A DNA stretch of 64,000 nt from a virus: positions 64,001-128,000 of IMG/VR virus record IMGVR_UViG_3300027896_000010; one strand, 5' to 3'. Made by a program: the position numbers and the translations under genes. Within the stretch, counting starts at the first letter, position 1, and the number at the start of each line of letters is the position of its first letter. Below the pieces are notes generated by a model. The model made no database searches. It was not told the origin of the DNA and worked only from the letters and a program-made list of their open reading frames with translations. This document shows, piece after piece, positions 18,218 through 28,383 of the stretch.

Positions 18218-20772
18218 TTTTCCTCCTTGTCTTCTATCTCTTCTTCCTCGTCCACTATAGATGCCACATCGGGAACCTCTTCACCAATGAGCTTAGTCCT
18301 CGCTTCTATTTTTGATATCAAATCTTCTTTGACTTCAGGATTCATGTCGAGATGGTTCTTAATCCGCTTGCGTCCTACAAATTTCTCGCCATCCAGAACA
18401 AACGAATTACCAGTTTTAAGAATCAGGTGGTCACTCATAGCAAGACTCAAGACTTCTTCTGTCCTATCAATATCGCCTAAGTCATAATTAAAAGCGAACA
18501 TTGCCTTACGCATAAGGGCTTGAGTTTTATCCTTCTCTACAACCGCTTGGATATAATTGCCCACCACCATGAGTCGCTCAACGTTTTTCATCTTTACAGG
18601 GTCAAAATCAATTCGCTTCTCCTTAATCTTATCTGCTACCGAAAATTGTATCTTCTGCGATGAAAAGAAATCCATCGCTCTACCACCCGGCTGGGTCTTA
18701 GGTGAGCCGAACATAATGCCCACCTTCTCCCGAACCTGATTGATAAAAATGAGCAAAGTATTCTCATTAGCGGCTGTCAGCTTCCGTAGAGCCTTGGACA
18801 TTATCCGAGCCAATTCTGCCACGCTTGCTTGTTCGGCTAACTTCTCCATCTCGGCTTTGGGTAAAAGAGCCGCGATGCTATCAATCACTATCACGCCAAA
18901 AAGCTTACTCTTTAGCATTTGATAGATAACATCCATAGCTTTCTCACCATATGCTGGGCGGTTGATGATAAGCTCGTCACAATTAACCCCAAGCCTAGTC
19001 GCCCACTCAACATCCAGAGACTTCTCTGGTTCTATTAATCCACAGGTCATTCCTGCCTTCTGGGCACAAGCGATTGTCTTAAGCGCAGTCAGCGTGTTGT
19101 GGCACACAAACCCATTTGACCAAAATGTATGAATATCTGGAACTTCAAAGTCCCATACTTCAGCCATTCCTGCGCGGATTTCGATGACTTCATCATAATA
19201 GTAATGAAGTTTTATCAAATCCTCAAGATATAGAAAGTCATCAAGGTCTGATGCAACTGGCTTCAAAGCATCGACATAAGAACGCATATCATCATAAGGT
19301 ATCGCATCAGAAGTTCTATGACTTGAATACTTGCGATGTGTAAGTAACGGGTCTACTTTCTCTAACAAACTCCATAGGCCATCTTTGCCAAAAGCCCCCT
19401 TACCACTTTTATAAGTACCCATTCTGCGCCGAACATCATTGCGTAACCTCGCTATTCTCTCAAACTGGTATGGAACACGACCTGTTGTAACCATTCGTTG
19501 CCGACCAGTGCCTTCTTTTTTTTGAACAAGTTTATCACTCAAAACCTTGACCTTGCGGGGTGTAAGAAGACCAATCTCTCGCTCAAATATTTCTAAATCA
19601 TCTCCTCGTATCGAAAGCATCCAATAATCCCGCATTATCTGTGACCCATTAGTTGCACAAGTACTAACATGCTTGACTTTGGAAACCACCCCAAAGTTAA
19701 GCAACATCAACTGGATTTGTTGAATCATTTTACTAGACGCACTCACTATCCGCATGTTTCTAGCAGATATTTCCATATCCATATAAGCCCTAAGAAATTC
19801 GGCTTGAATTTCTTTGGGAGCCATTATTATCAAATCTGGGATATACTTATCCCTAGATTTACCTTTTACCCCAAGTTGTTCAAGACACCACACTAAGTGA
19901 GCAGAGCAAATTCTTACATATCCTATTCTGCCTTGTGACAATACTTTGACCGCAATACCCTCCCCAAATAAAGAATCTGCCACCGCCACAAAATCATTCA
20001 GTGTAGCCTCGTCCTTCTGAGTAAATGCTAGTTGCTTGCGTTGGATATCCCCTTCAGCTATCATATAACCCAAAAATCTAGCAAGTTCCTTTGTTACTTT
20101 CTTCGGAAACTTAATGTGTTTGGCAGTATGATATTTGAATTTTTTATTCTGGTGTACTTCCTCAGCATAAACATTGAACCCCAAATCACAAGTTATCTCT
20201 GTCTTGTTTGCAAACTGAAGCATGCCTCGTCTTATTGCTGGCTTATCGCCTATTTTCAAATCCCTCAGGGCTACAAAGTGAAAATTCCCATCCTCGCCCA
20301 TGACAAGTATCGGATGATTCAAGGAGCCTTCCAATTCAAGCCCAGTTTTGGTCACAACTCTTATGGTTGGTTTAACCCCTCCCCTATACAAACAACTAGT
20401 CTTCTTCATACCATTAGCCGAAACAATCTTGCGTTCATGGGTGACCCACTCATCAGGTTGCAGTTCAATACCCTGCGTAAGTTCCCCCATAGTCACAAGA
20501 CCCAACTCCGAATCAATAACATAACTATCAAGTGCTACGCACTTAGCTGTTGCGAAATCCCCCCACAGAAGCACCGAGCGACCCAATGGGAATCCCCCAC
20601 CAAGTACCCTATCTAATGTTAGGCTACCCGAAGATATTTTAACAATCTGAAGGCTTGGGTCGTTGGCAAATTTGACTACTCCTTCTCCGAATTCCCTATT
20701 GAGACTATCCTTAAGAGCTTCCAGTTCTTTCTGATGGTCAGACTTAGCTTTCGCCATTAATACACCCTCCAT
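18214..20772 (-). CDS. recA: RecA recombinase containing an intein
   Basis: ISSGSLTLDRVLGGGFPLGR, P-loop GDFATAK|T split by the intein, IEPEKSLD, VIVIDSIAAL, IFINQVREKVG and PGGRAMDFFSS; likely start MAKAK. Confidence 0.93.
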   Translation of the reverse strand: MEGVLMAKAKSDHQKELEALKDSLNREFGEGVVKFANDPSLQIVKISSGSLTLDRVLGGGFPLGRSVLLWGDFATAKCVALDSYVIDSELGLVTMGELTQGIELQPDEWVTHERKIVSANGMKKTSCLYRGGVKPTIRVVTKTGLELEGSLNHPILVMGEDGNFHFVALRDLKIGDKPAIRRGMLQFANKTEITCDLGFNVYAEEVHQNKKFKYHTAKHIKFPKKVTKELARFLGYMIAEGDIQRKQLAFTQKDEATLNDFVAVADSLFGEGIAVKVLSQGRIGYVRICSAHLVWCLEQLGVKGKSRDKYIPDLIIMAPKEIQAEFLRAYMDMEISARNMRIVSASSKMIQQIQLMLLNFGVVSKVKHVSTCATNGSQIMRDYWMLSIRGDDLEIFEREIGLLTPRKVKVLSDKLVQKKEGTGRQRMVTTGRVPYQFERIARLRNDVRRRMGTYKSGKGAFGKDGLWSLLEKVDPLLTHRKYSSHRTSDAIPYDDMRSYVDALKPVASDLDDFLYLEDLIKLHYYYDEVIEIRAGMAEVWDFEVPDIHTFWSNGFVCHNTLTALKTIACAQKAGMTCGLIEPEKSLDVEWATRLGVNCDELIINRPAYGEKAMDVIYQMLKSKLFGVIVIDSIAALLPKAEMEKLAEQASVAELARIMSKALRKLTAANENTLLIFINQVREKVGIMFGSPKTQPGGRAMDFFSSQKIQFSVADKIKEKRIDFDPVKMKNVERLMVVGNYIQAVVEKDKTQALMRKAMFAFNYDLGDIDRTEEVLSLAMSDHLILKTGNSFVLDGEKFVGRKRIKNHLDMNPEVKEDLISKIEARTKLIGEEVPDVASIVDEEEEIEDKEEK
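19096..20541 (-). mobile_element. Intein (482 aa) with LAGLIDADG homing endonuclease domain
   Basis: Starts CVALDS, ends FWSNGFVCHN followed by Thr+1; block B LEGSLNHPIL; LAGLIDADG-like LARFLGYMIAEG and FLRAYMDMEI. Confidence 0.92.
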
Positions 20773-20773
20773 T

Positions 20774-23587
20774 TTATCGCCATCCCTCTTCCAAATCCCT
20801 AACTTTAGTATATGACATCTCGGTCATTCTGTCTAACTGTTGACCACTAAACAATATCATCTGCCCCTTGCTTTGTTTCTTCTTGGATTTCTTTATAATT
20901 TCAAGTACGGCCTCGAACTGTTCTAGCATTTTTTCTTGGTTAGGATACATCTGCGAAAAGGCCCCGCCCTTAATCAATGATTTAATAGCATCCTTTTTCA
21001 CAGTTTGCCCATGAACCTTCTCGACAAAGTCGATAAAATCCTTGAAGCCCTTGCCTCGTGCCTTTATGATTGCATCAATAGTCTTTTCACCAATGCCCTT
21101 AACAATACTAAGCCCTGCCCGGATGGATTCTCCTTCAATTGCAAAGGCAGCTTCGCTCTTATTGATATTAGGTCGCACCACCTTGATACCAAGCCTCTTA
21201 CATTCATAAACATAATCTCTCATACGGTCAGCATCAGGAGCAGAAGCAAGGCTGGCACACATAAACTCCAGAGGATGATAGACCTTCGCCCACATCGTAT
21301 AATACGCGACATAGGAGTAAGCCGTGCTGTGCGCCTTATTGAACATATACGCGCCGAACTGCAGGAGTGCCTTCCAGAACTCTTCGGCTTCATTTATACC
21401 AACCGTTTTAGTGGCTCCTTCAATGAACTTCTTTTCGTGCTTCTCCATCCCGACTTTACTGGACATGGCTTTTCTTACGCCGTCTGCTTCTGCCAAAGTA
21501 AAACCAGCGATTGCATGCACCATCCTGATTGCCTGTTCTTGATAAATCATGAGTCCGTAAGTGTTCTTGGTTATCTTCCACATCTCGTCATTCATCGGGG
21601 GTATCTCTTCTCGCCCTCGCTTTCTCTCGACGTACTTCTGGGTGTATCCAGAATGCAACGGCCCGGGGCGATGGAGTGCGTTAATAGCTACTATGTCATC
21701 AAACGTTTCTGGTCTCATTTCCTGACAGAGTCTAGTGATACCCGGCCCCCAGAATTGGAATATACCCGCCGTGTGACCCAAGGCGAACTCCTTGACAACC
21801 TTCGAGTCATCCAGCATTAACTTATCCCACTCGATAACCTCACCAGTACGTTTCTTTACCATCTGGCGAACATGCTCAAGTATCTTAATAGTACGAGAAC
21901 CTAAGAGGTCTAATTTCAAATAGCCCATGCGAGATAGCGAGTATTTATCCCACGCCGAAGTGACCTGCTCGTTAACTATCTCCAGAGGGACACTACCAAA
22001 CAGAGTATCTCGTGCTACAATAACACCAGCGGCGTGTTGCCCTCTTTGGCGCACTTTCCCTACCAATCCACTTGCAATCTTTTCGATATCTTTTGAGCCA
22101 ACCTCGGCAAGAGCCTGTTTGAAAACATCTTGGTTGAGATAGTCCTCTATGTTTTCGTCTACTACGTAATCACTGAATAGCTTGGTAAGCTTATTGGCTT
22201 CTTGGGGAGCAACACCCATAATACGACAGGTATCTTTGAAAGCATTCTTAATACGAAAAGAAGAGTTTACCCTGATACTGGCGACATTATCGGCTCCGTA
22301 CTTCTCAGCCAGATAATCTTTGACCTCTTGTCTTCGGTCTTCCTGAAAATCCATATCAATATCAGGTAACTCAAAACGGTCAGGATTGATAAACCGCTCA
22401 AACATCAAATCATGTTTCAGCGGGTCAACGTGGGTTATCCCCAACGCATAAGCAACAAGTGACCCAGCGGCTGAGCCTCTTCCCGGCCCATATGCTATGC
22501 CCTTGGACTTGGCGAAGTTGATTACATCGTGGATGACAAAGAAATAATCAGCAAACCCATGACTACAGATTATTGATATCTCATCGGATAATCTTTCAAT
22601 GTAGCTGGGAGATATCTCTGTAAGCCCTCGCTCGTGCCACCCTTCATGACATAGCTTCACCAAAAACTCTTCTTCCCCCATCCCTGTGGGGCGCTTTATT
22701 TTCGGGAGTTTACCCTTCCTCTTTTCCAAATCTATATGACACATATCAGCGATAGAAGCCGTATTGTTCATAGCTCCTTGCCAGATATCAGGCTTAAGGT
22801 CTGGATGATAGAGGTCGAACATCTGTGACATTTCAGATGCATCAGCCAAGAAGAATTCCCGCCAAGAAAATCGCATACGCTTTTCGTCGCTCAATAGCTT
22901 ACCAGACTGAATTGTCAACATAGCATCCTGAAGTAACCAGTCGTCTGTCCCAGCATAATGAACATCGTTAGTCGCTACCATCGGAATATCGAGCCTCTTC
23001 GCCAGCCCAGCTACCCTCTTGTTATACAGAATCTGTTCCTCAATACCGTTGGGCTGGATTTCAACGAAGAAGTTATCTCCAAATAAATCTCGGCAACGCT
23101 CTAGATAAGTCACAGCCGCGTCTTTGCTCTTGTTGAGAACATGAGAAGCTAGCTCCCCCTTTAAACACCCAGACAATATGATTAGGTCTTTCTTATAGTT
23201 CGAAATCAATGAGAGGTCTGCTCGTGGCTTATAGTAAAATCCTTCGAGGTCAGCCTTACTGGCTACCACGAGCAGGTTGCTTAGCCCCTTATTTGTCTTG
23301 GCGAGAACCGTCAGGTGTGAAACGTCTGCTTTCTTTTCTTTGTTCTTCACTAGGCGGTCACCAGTTACATATAGTTCACAGCCAATGACTGGATGGATGC
23401 CTGCATTTTTACAGGCGTCATAGAACTCGACTACACCAGACATCGTACCATGGTCAGTAATGGCGAGGGCAGACATTCCCTTTACCGAAGCTGTCTGTGT
23501 TAGCTCTTTGGGAGTAGATACACCATCAAGCAGAGAAAACATCGAATGTACATGCAATTGCACAAACGGAGCCATATGGTCTACCAC
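20774..23587 (-). CDS. dnaE: DNA polymerase III alpha subunit (DnaE-type, C family)
   Basis: PHP motifs HVHSMFSLLDG, ITDHG, GCE and NDVHY; GRGSAAGS; PDIDMD; KLDLLG; FNKAHSTAY; HhH; terminal QMILF clamp-binding-like motif. Confidence 0.95.
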   Translation of the reverse strand: MVDHMAPFVQLHVHSMFSLLDGVSTPKELTQTASVKGMSALAITDHGTMSGVVEFYDACKNAGIHPVIGCELYVTGDRLVKNKEKKADVSHLTVLAKTNKGLSNLLVVASKADLEGFYYKPRADLSLISNYKKDLIILSGCLKGELASHVLNKSKDAAVTYLERCRDLFGDNFFVEIQPNGIEEQILYNKRVAGLAKRLDIPMVATNDVHYAGTDDWLLQDAMLTIQSGKLLSDEKRMRFSWREFFLADASEMSQMFDLYHPDLKPDIWQGAMNNTASIADMCHIDLEKRKGKLPKIKRPTGMGEEEFLVKLCHEGWHERGLTEISPSYIERLSDEISIICSHGFADYFFVIHDVINFAKSKGIAYGPGRGSAAGSLVAYALGITHVDPLKHDLMFERFINPDRFELPDIDMDFQEDRRQEVKDYLAEKYGADNVASIRVNSSFRIKNAFKDTCRIMGVAPQEANKLTKLFSDYVVDENIEDYLNQDVFKQALAEVGSKDIEKIASGLVGKVRQRGQHAAGVIVARDTLFGSVPLEIVNEQVTSAWDKYSLSRMGYLKLDLLGSRTIKILEHVRQMVKKRTGEVIEWDKLMLDDSKVVKEFALGHTAGIFQFWGPGITRLCQEMRPETFDDIVAINALHRPGPLHSGYTQKYVERKRGREEIPPMNDEMWKITKNTYGLMIYQEQAIRMVHAIAGFTLAEADGVRKAMSSKVGMEKHEKKFIEGATKTVGINEAEEFWKALLQFGAYMFNKAHSTAYSYVAYYTMWAKVYHPLEFMCASLASAPDADRMRDYVYECKRLGIKVVRPNINKSEAAFAIEGESIRAGLSIVKGIGEKTIDAIIKARGKGFKDFIDFVEKVHGQTVKKDAIKSLIKGGAFSQMYPNQEKMLEQFEAVLEIIKKSKKKQSKGQMILFSGQQLDRMTEMSYTKVRDLEEGWR

Positions 23588-24339
23588 TCTTCCTCTTCTG
23601 CATTCTCTGCAGAATCAGTCGCTGTATTATCTGGCTCTAGAGGTTCTGCTGGCTTTGCTGGCTCTGCTGGCTCTGCTTCGTCCTCCTCAAACATGTCTTC
23701 CACCGCTTGAGCATTTGTTTGCTGGTCTTTACCTCCACCATAGTAACGGTCAATTTGCCCCTCGAAAATATTCTGTAGGTACTTGGTTGGAGTCTCCGTT
23801 ATCCCCAGCTTCTTAAGGGCATCCTTGGGGAGCTTCTTGCCATCATCAATCTCCAAGTCATACTTGGTGTCGATGCCCGTCCCTAGGCGAGTAAGGATAT
23901 ATGGCTTATCCATCATTGTCCCTCGTCTCTCAAAGCGATTAAGGATAGTAGAATTCAAATCGGTATTGGCCTTAAGCACCAATGCCTTCCTGTCATCTGC
24001 TGGCATAACCAGATAAGCAACCCTGAACGACTTCTTAGTCTTATTGTCGTCTTCAGACGCACAGAGCTTGCAGTTCTCTGGGCAGGGTATATACTGCCAT
24101 CCACCTTTATCTTGAAATACGTGTTCATAGTAGCCAACAGCTACATCGGGGTCATGCATAAAATAGAATTTCTGGCTCTCCCCATCGGCAAGAAATAGGA
24201 AATTACCCCCCGACCCCTTCGCCTTTGCCTCGGCTTTCTTCTGTTCCTCTTCCAGTCCCTTCATCCCTGTTACATACTCTAACGCCATGCTACTCTCTCC
24301 CTTCATCCGTACTTTCGTTGCAATATGGACTTCGTCCAT
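23581..24339 (-). CDS. Phage single-stranded DNA-binding protein (gp2.5/gp32-like)
   Basis: GSGGNFLFLADGES, CPENCKLC Zn site, TRLGTGIDTKY and acidic tail ending AEEEEW; sits next to dnaE; likely start MALEY. Confidence 0.7.
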   Translation of the reverse strand: MDEVHIATKVRMKGESSMALEYVTGMKGLEEEQKKAEAKAKGSGGNFLFLADGESQKFYFMHDPDVAVGYYEHVFQDKGGWQYIPCPENCKLCASEDDNKTKKSFRVAYLVMPADDRKALVLKANTDLNSTILNRFERRGTMMDKPYILTRLGTGIDTKYDLEIDDGKKLPKDALKKLGITETPTKYLQNIFEGQIDRYYGGGKDQQTNAQAVEDMFEEDEAEPAEPAKPAEPLEPDNTATDSAENAEEEEW

Positions 24340-24758
24340 CGCACCTTGTCTCTACTGCCCAGACCCATCGCTACTATCTCTGCAGAACTCATGCCATCAG
24401 CCAGCAAGCATATGATGTCATAGTGATTAGGATATTCTCGTTCCCAATCAACTTTAATATCAATATCATCGAAGAACTCGACCTGACTTGTAGCAATAGA
24501 GACCTCTGGCCTTTGTTGCCGTTTGGCTTTTCTATTTAACCATATAGTTCTGTTGTGAACCGACTTCCTGATATACGCAAAATTGCTCTGTCTGCTACCA
24601 TTACACCTCCTTGAAGCTCTACAGGCAACCTCCATTAACTCCTGCAATATATCGTCCCTGTCATAATAGTTCTCTGCGTCACAGTGCCCTGCCTCTTTAA
24701 CGAGAAACCACTGATGTGTCTGATAAAAATCCGTGAGCAAATTATCATTTTTCCCCAA
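24303..24758 (-). CDS. Sigma-70 family (ECF-like) sigma factor-like protein
   Basis: Region-2-like RDDILQELM...FAYIRKSVHNR and C-terminal LLADGMSSAEIV HTH. Confidence 0.6.
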   Translation of the reverse strand: MGKNDNLLTDFYQTHQWFLVKEAGHCDAENYYDRDDILQELMEVACRASRRCNGSRQSNFAYIRKSVHNRTIWLNRKAKRQQRPEVSIATSQVEFFDDIDIKVDWEREYPNHYDIICLLADGMSSAEIVAMGLGSRDKVRWTKSILQRKYG

Positions 24759-24782
24759 TTCACCCTCCCTTGTATTATACTG

Positions 24783-25154
24783 CTAAACAACGACCTTTGC
24801 TAATGCATCACAACCAACTATCACCCCATGCTCATCTCTCACAACTTTATCTGGAAATAGCAAATCGTCTCGGTGCCTTGCCGCTTCCGCTACAACCATA
24901 CTAACAATCAGATAAACACCTTCTTTTTTATCGGGAAGCCCTACAACTTCGCCAAATGATTTGGTATTAATAGGCACCCGATGATTATCAATCATTATAT
25001 GGTCACTAGTCTCCCTTATCTCTTCTACCCGTATCGGTGTTTTCTCTGGCTTGATTCGAACTGCATCCAAGCCTTCAGAACCAAAAAACACAATCGCATG
25101 TGGAGTATAATTCAATATCACCACATTATCTTGGTCTGCAATTCTTCTTCGCAT
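24783..25154 (-). CDS. NxTPH-motif small protein; candidate Crn4-like ring nuclease
   Basis: LNYTPHAI, GLP..KEGVYLIVS, RDDLLFP and VRDEHGVIVGC define a conserved phage family. The link to Crn4 is from memory and unverified. Confidence 0.4.
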   Translation of the reverse strand: MRRRIADQDNVVILNYTPHAIVFFGSEGLDAVRIKPEKTPIRVEEIRETSDHIMIDNHRVPINTKSFGEVVGLPDKKEGVYLIVSMVVAEAARHRDDLLFPDKVVRDEHGVIVGCDALAKVVV

Positions 25155-25183
25155 TATCCAGTCCTTCTCTGGGACGGCTTACA

Positions 25184-26131
25184 CTATGCAAGCCGCATCT
25201 TCAACCCAACAAACGGCCTAGTTTTCCCCAACACCGCCTCAATTTCTTCCTTGCTTAATTCTTGTGGGTCTTTGCGTTCCTTGGGATATCTGGTACACAT
25301 CAAATTGATACCAAACCGTACCATCTTATCGCCCAGCCCATTATCATCATAAAGCGCATCCTTGCCAGCATCGTCGTTATCAAGCATTGAAATAACAGTA
25401 TCGAATTCTGATAGCAACTCCAACTGCCTATCGCCCATGCCCAATCCCAGCAAAGCTACGGCTGGATAGCCATGTTGCCATAACCACATAGTGTCCAATG
25501 AGCCTTCGGTTAATATGACTCTGTTGGTGGAATCAATCATGTTCATCCCAAACAAGATTTCCTGCTTCCATTTGCCACGAGTGTAGAGATATCGTGGTTG
25601 CTGGGAATCACGAATACCCCTCAAAATAAACCCACGCACTATGCCCTTCTCGTCTGGAGCAGGAACCACAATGCGCTCTGTATCGGCATACCATCCCAGC
25701 TTCCATCGCTCTGCCGTTTCCTCTGTAAATCCCCTCTCAGCCAGATATGGATGCAGAGTCTGTTCGTAAGGTATGAATTCAGAGGTGAGTGTCGGCTTCT
25801 TGTCCATCAGCAAGTCTCCAAGGCGGTCTTTCAGCTTCGTGATTGGAATCCCGAACCCACCCTCACTTAACTCTCTAAGCCGCTTCTTAGCGCTCTCAGG
25901 GTCACAGGACTCCATCCTCATAACAAAGCCGACGATGTTACCATGAGCGCCACAGCTAAAACAGTTCCATAAACCAGATTCTCTATTCATACCAAAGTGA
26001 TGATGAACATCATCCTCGTGGAAAGGACAATCAGCATTCAAATCTTCTGGGCTGGTTACAGTTACATTCTCTAGAGCATAGTAATTGAATAGCTCTTCTA
26101 GCTCTAAAAAAACATCCTTAATGCCTATCAT
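25184..26131 (-). CDS. dnaG: DNA primase (CHC2 zinc finger + TOPRIM)
   Basis: CPFHED...WNCFSCG; LTEGSLD; LDNDDAG. Confidence 0.9.
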   Translation of the reverse strand: MIGIKDVFLELEELFNYYALENVTVTSPEDLNADCPFHEDDVHHHFGMNRESGLWNCFSCGAHGNIVGFVMRMESCDPESAKKRLRELSEGGFGIPITKLKDRLGDLLMDKKPTLTSEFIPYEQTLHPYLAERGFTEETAERWKLGWYADTERIVVPAPDEKGIVRGFILRGIRDSQQPRYLYTRGKWKQEILFGMNMIDSTNRVILTEGSLDTMWLWQHGYPAVALLGLGMGDRQLELLSEFDTVISMLDNDDAGKDALYDDNGLGDKMVRFGINLMCTRYPKERKDPQELSKEEIEAVLGKTRPFVGLKMRLA

Positions 26132-26433
26132 GGTTCTCGCTTTATGTATGTCAGCTTTTTGCTATCAAAGTCGTAAGCTTCTTCCGATACCCCCGCGACT
26201 TCCTCTTCAAACTCGGCACTATGCTTTTCGCATAATGCCACCATCCTGTCGGTATTCTTACCAGTGATACCCTTCTGAATATCCTCTACGGGATTAGAGA
26301 TTAGCCATATTGCTTTGACAGGTTCCCCACACACATCTTCTTCGTCACCACTAAACTTCTTTCCACATGTCCTTGTGCTAGTACCCTCAGCTACCTCAAC
26401 CTTGGATATCGTCATTAATTTGTCCATTTTCAA
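26128..26433 (-). CDS. Small Zn-binding hypothetical protein
   Basis: TCGK...VCG...LCEKH. Confidence 0.5.
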   Translation of the reverse strand: MKMDKLMTISKVEVAEGTSTRTCGKKFSGDEEDVCGEPVKAIWLISNPVEDIQKGITGKNTDRMVALCEKHSAEFEEEVAGVSEEAYDFDSKKLTYIKREP

Positions 26434-27776
26434 AGCTCCTCCTCGTCGCCCTCTTCATCCTCTTTAACTTTTTGGGCTTCGTCATCCCAGAACTGCCCAT
26501 CAATCTCTTCTTCTCTAGATGTACCAGTAGAAATTTCATCCAATATACCCTCGTTAACATGGAAATCCATCTTAGTGCTGAGGAACCCCTCTCCACTACG
26601 ATTCTTTATCAAACCGTAATATAGCGCATCTTCGGCCTTATTAATTGATATCACCTTATCAGAATCTGCCCCCAACGCATCTCCAAAACTTATGTGTTCT
26701 AGGCGAGGCAGTAATTCGCCACCTTCTTGCTTCCCAGCACCTGCCCGATTGACTTGAGCCACAGCAATAGAGCATAAGTTATGCTTTACCGCAATCAATT
26801 TAAGACCATTAGAAAGCTGTCTCACCATGACATAGTCTTCGGCTCTCGCCTCGGCTTCAGGTCTTAACAGAGTCAGATAGTCAACCATTATCAGGTCAGG
26901 TTTCTCAAGACTACAATCACTATCAATCCTGCCTATCGTGTATTCTTCTCTTATCTTGCCTATATCAAGGATTTTCAGTTGCCCCTCATATTTTTTATAG
27001 CACTCCTCAAGCAACTCCTTATAGTCTCTGTGGTCGCCACGCCCTTTAGATAAATCTCGGTTGGTTATACCGTAATCCATATCATGCGCTAGGAAGGCAT
27101 GGAGTCTAAACATCACCGCCGTCAGATTCATCTCAAGAGGATAATATACTATCTTACAGCCAGCCTTCAGAGCCGCTTGTATAATCTTAACACCAATCCA
27201 CGACTTGCCCCTACCAGTCCTCCCGATAATAGATACCAACTCTTGCTTTTGGAATCCACCTGCTACATTATCAAAACGATTAAGTCCTGAAGGGATACCA
27301 GTTCCTGTACCGTCCATACGGCCTATAAACTCATCCAGACAAATCTTCCCTGCGCCTTCCTCTTCCATAGAGAATGCATCGACAAGACTGGCAGAAGCGA
27401 CTTGGCCTAACATGTCCTGTATAGTCTGCCCCAACGATTCGATAACAGGTACAATATTCCCCCTGTTTTGAGCCAGCGTCACGGTCTTATCCATTTCTAT
27501 TGCCAAGGAACGCCTTAACTTTTTGTCTATAAGAATTTCGGTAACAACAGAAACATCTTCTTCTGACACATCTTCATGCCGATAAGATTCGAAACGGGCT
27601 TCCATCCCCGCTGGGGTAAGCCCCTCTCCATCCATTAAGCGTTCGGAACCCCATTCAAACATCTCACGGTAAACTGGGTCTCGAAAATGTAATGTTGTTA
27701 TTCCTTTTTCCTGAAAGGGATGTATGCCGAATTGACATAAACAACGAATGGCAAGTTCTTCATGACCAGTTATCAT
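26430..27776 (-). CDS. dnaB: Replicative DnaB-like helicase
   Basis: Walker A GRTGRGKS, YPLEM, IMVDYLTL, AQVNR, DSDKVI and KNRSG. Confidence 0.92.
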   Translation of the reverse strand: MITGHEELAIRCLCQFGIHPFQEKGITTLHFRDPVYREMFEWGSERLMDGEGLTPAGMEARFESYRHEDVSEEDVSVVTEILIDKKLRRSLAIEMDKTVTLAQNRGNIVPVIESLGQTIQDMLGQVASASLVDAFSMEEEGAGKICLDEFIGRMDGTGTGIPSGLNRFDNVAGGFQKQELVSIIGRTGRGKSWIGVKIIQAALKAGCKIVYYPLEMNLTAVMFRLHAFLAHDMDYGITNRDLSKGRGDHRDYKELLEECYKKYEGQLKILDIGKIREEYTIGRIDSDCSLEKPDLIMVDYLTLLRPEAEARAEDYVMVRQLSNGLKLIAVKHNLCSIAVAQVNRAGAGKQEGGELLPRLEHISFGDALGADSDKVISINKAEDALYYGLIKNRSGEGFLSTKMDFHVNEGILDEISTGTSREEEIDGQFWDDEAQKVKEDEEGDEEEL

Positions 27777-27988
27777 TTCTTATCTTTTTTCCTATTGGGA
27801 TTAGTACCCATTCGAAAGATATGTAAAGCGCAACCAGCATCAGGACAATCCCTGACAATGGCGAAATTTCCTCCAACACAATCTAAACAATAAAGATGAA
27901 TGCTTTTAACTGGGGTGCGCTTCTCGGGATAATTAGGTCTATTATAGTCGCTCACTGTTCTCCCCCTCCCCGCACTTACGGACGCCAT
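27773..27988 (-). CDS. Small Cys-rich phage protein
   Basis: TPVKSIHLYCLDCVGG...C...CALHIFRMGTNP. Confidence 0.6.
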   Translation of the reverse strand: MASVSAGRGRTVSDYNRPNYPEKRTPVKSIHLYCLDCVGGNFAIVRDCPDAGCALHIFRMGTNPNRKKDKK

Positions 27989-28011
27989 ACACCCCCTCCC
28001 ATATCTAGTGT

Positions 28012-28041
28012 ATTATACGGCAAATATTCAGCTACTGTCAG
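28012..28041 (-). promoter_or_regulatory. Sigma-70-type promoter CTGACA-N18-TATAAT
   Basis: Upstream of the helicase/primase operon. Confidence 0.5.
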
Positions 28042-28383
28042 CTATTCTTCCCAAGGACTTTTATCCTCATCTGCGTCAGGGTCTGCTTCGCTAACAGCAA
28101 CGAGCCTCTCGTAACAAGCCTCGCACATAGGAAGACCCCTCTTATCTTCCCACACATAAAAAATCTCACCACAATGATGACATTTTTGTCCTACTACTCC
28201 CTGTGGTGGCTCCTTGACAAGAACAAGGTCTTCGGGCATATCCCAAATATTACCACAATGATTGCAATTGAAAAAACGCTGTTCTCTCCATGTGCTTACA
28301 AATGGACTATTACAGCTAGGACATTTCACACCCAGTCGCTTCCTCTTTATCAAATGCAGGTCTACCCTCAGCGTGTTCATCAC
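28042..28383 (-). CDS. Double zinc-ribbon protein
   Basis: CPSC, CNHC, CHHC and CEAC. Confidence 0.6.
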   Translation of the reverse strand: MMNTLRVDLHLIKRKRLGVKCPSCNSPFVSTWREQRFFNCNHCGNIWDMPEDLVLVKEPPQGVVGQKCHHCGEIFYVWEDKRGLPMCEACYERLVAVSEADPDADEDKSPWEE

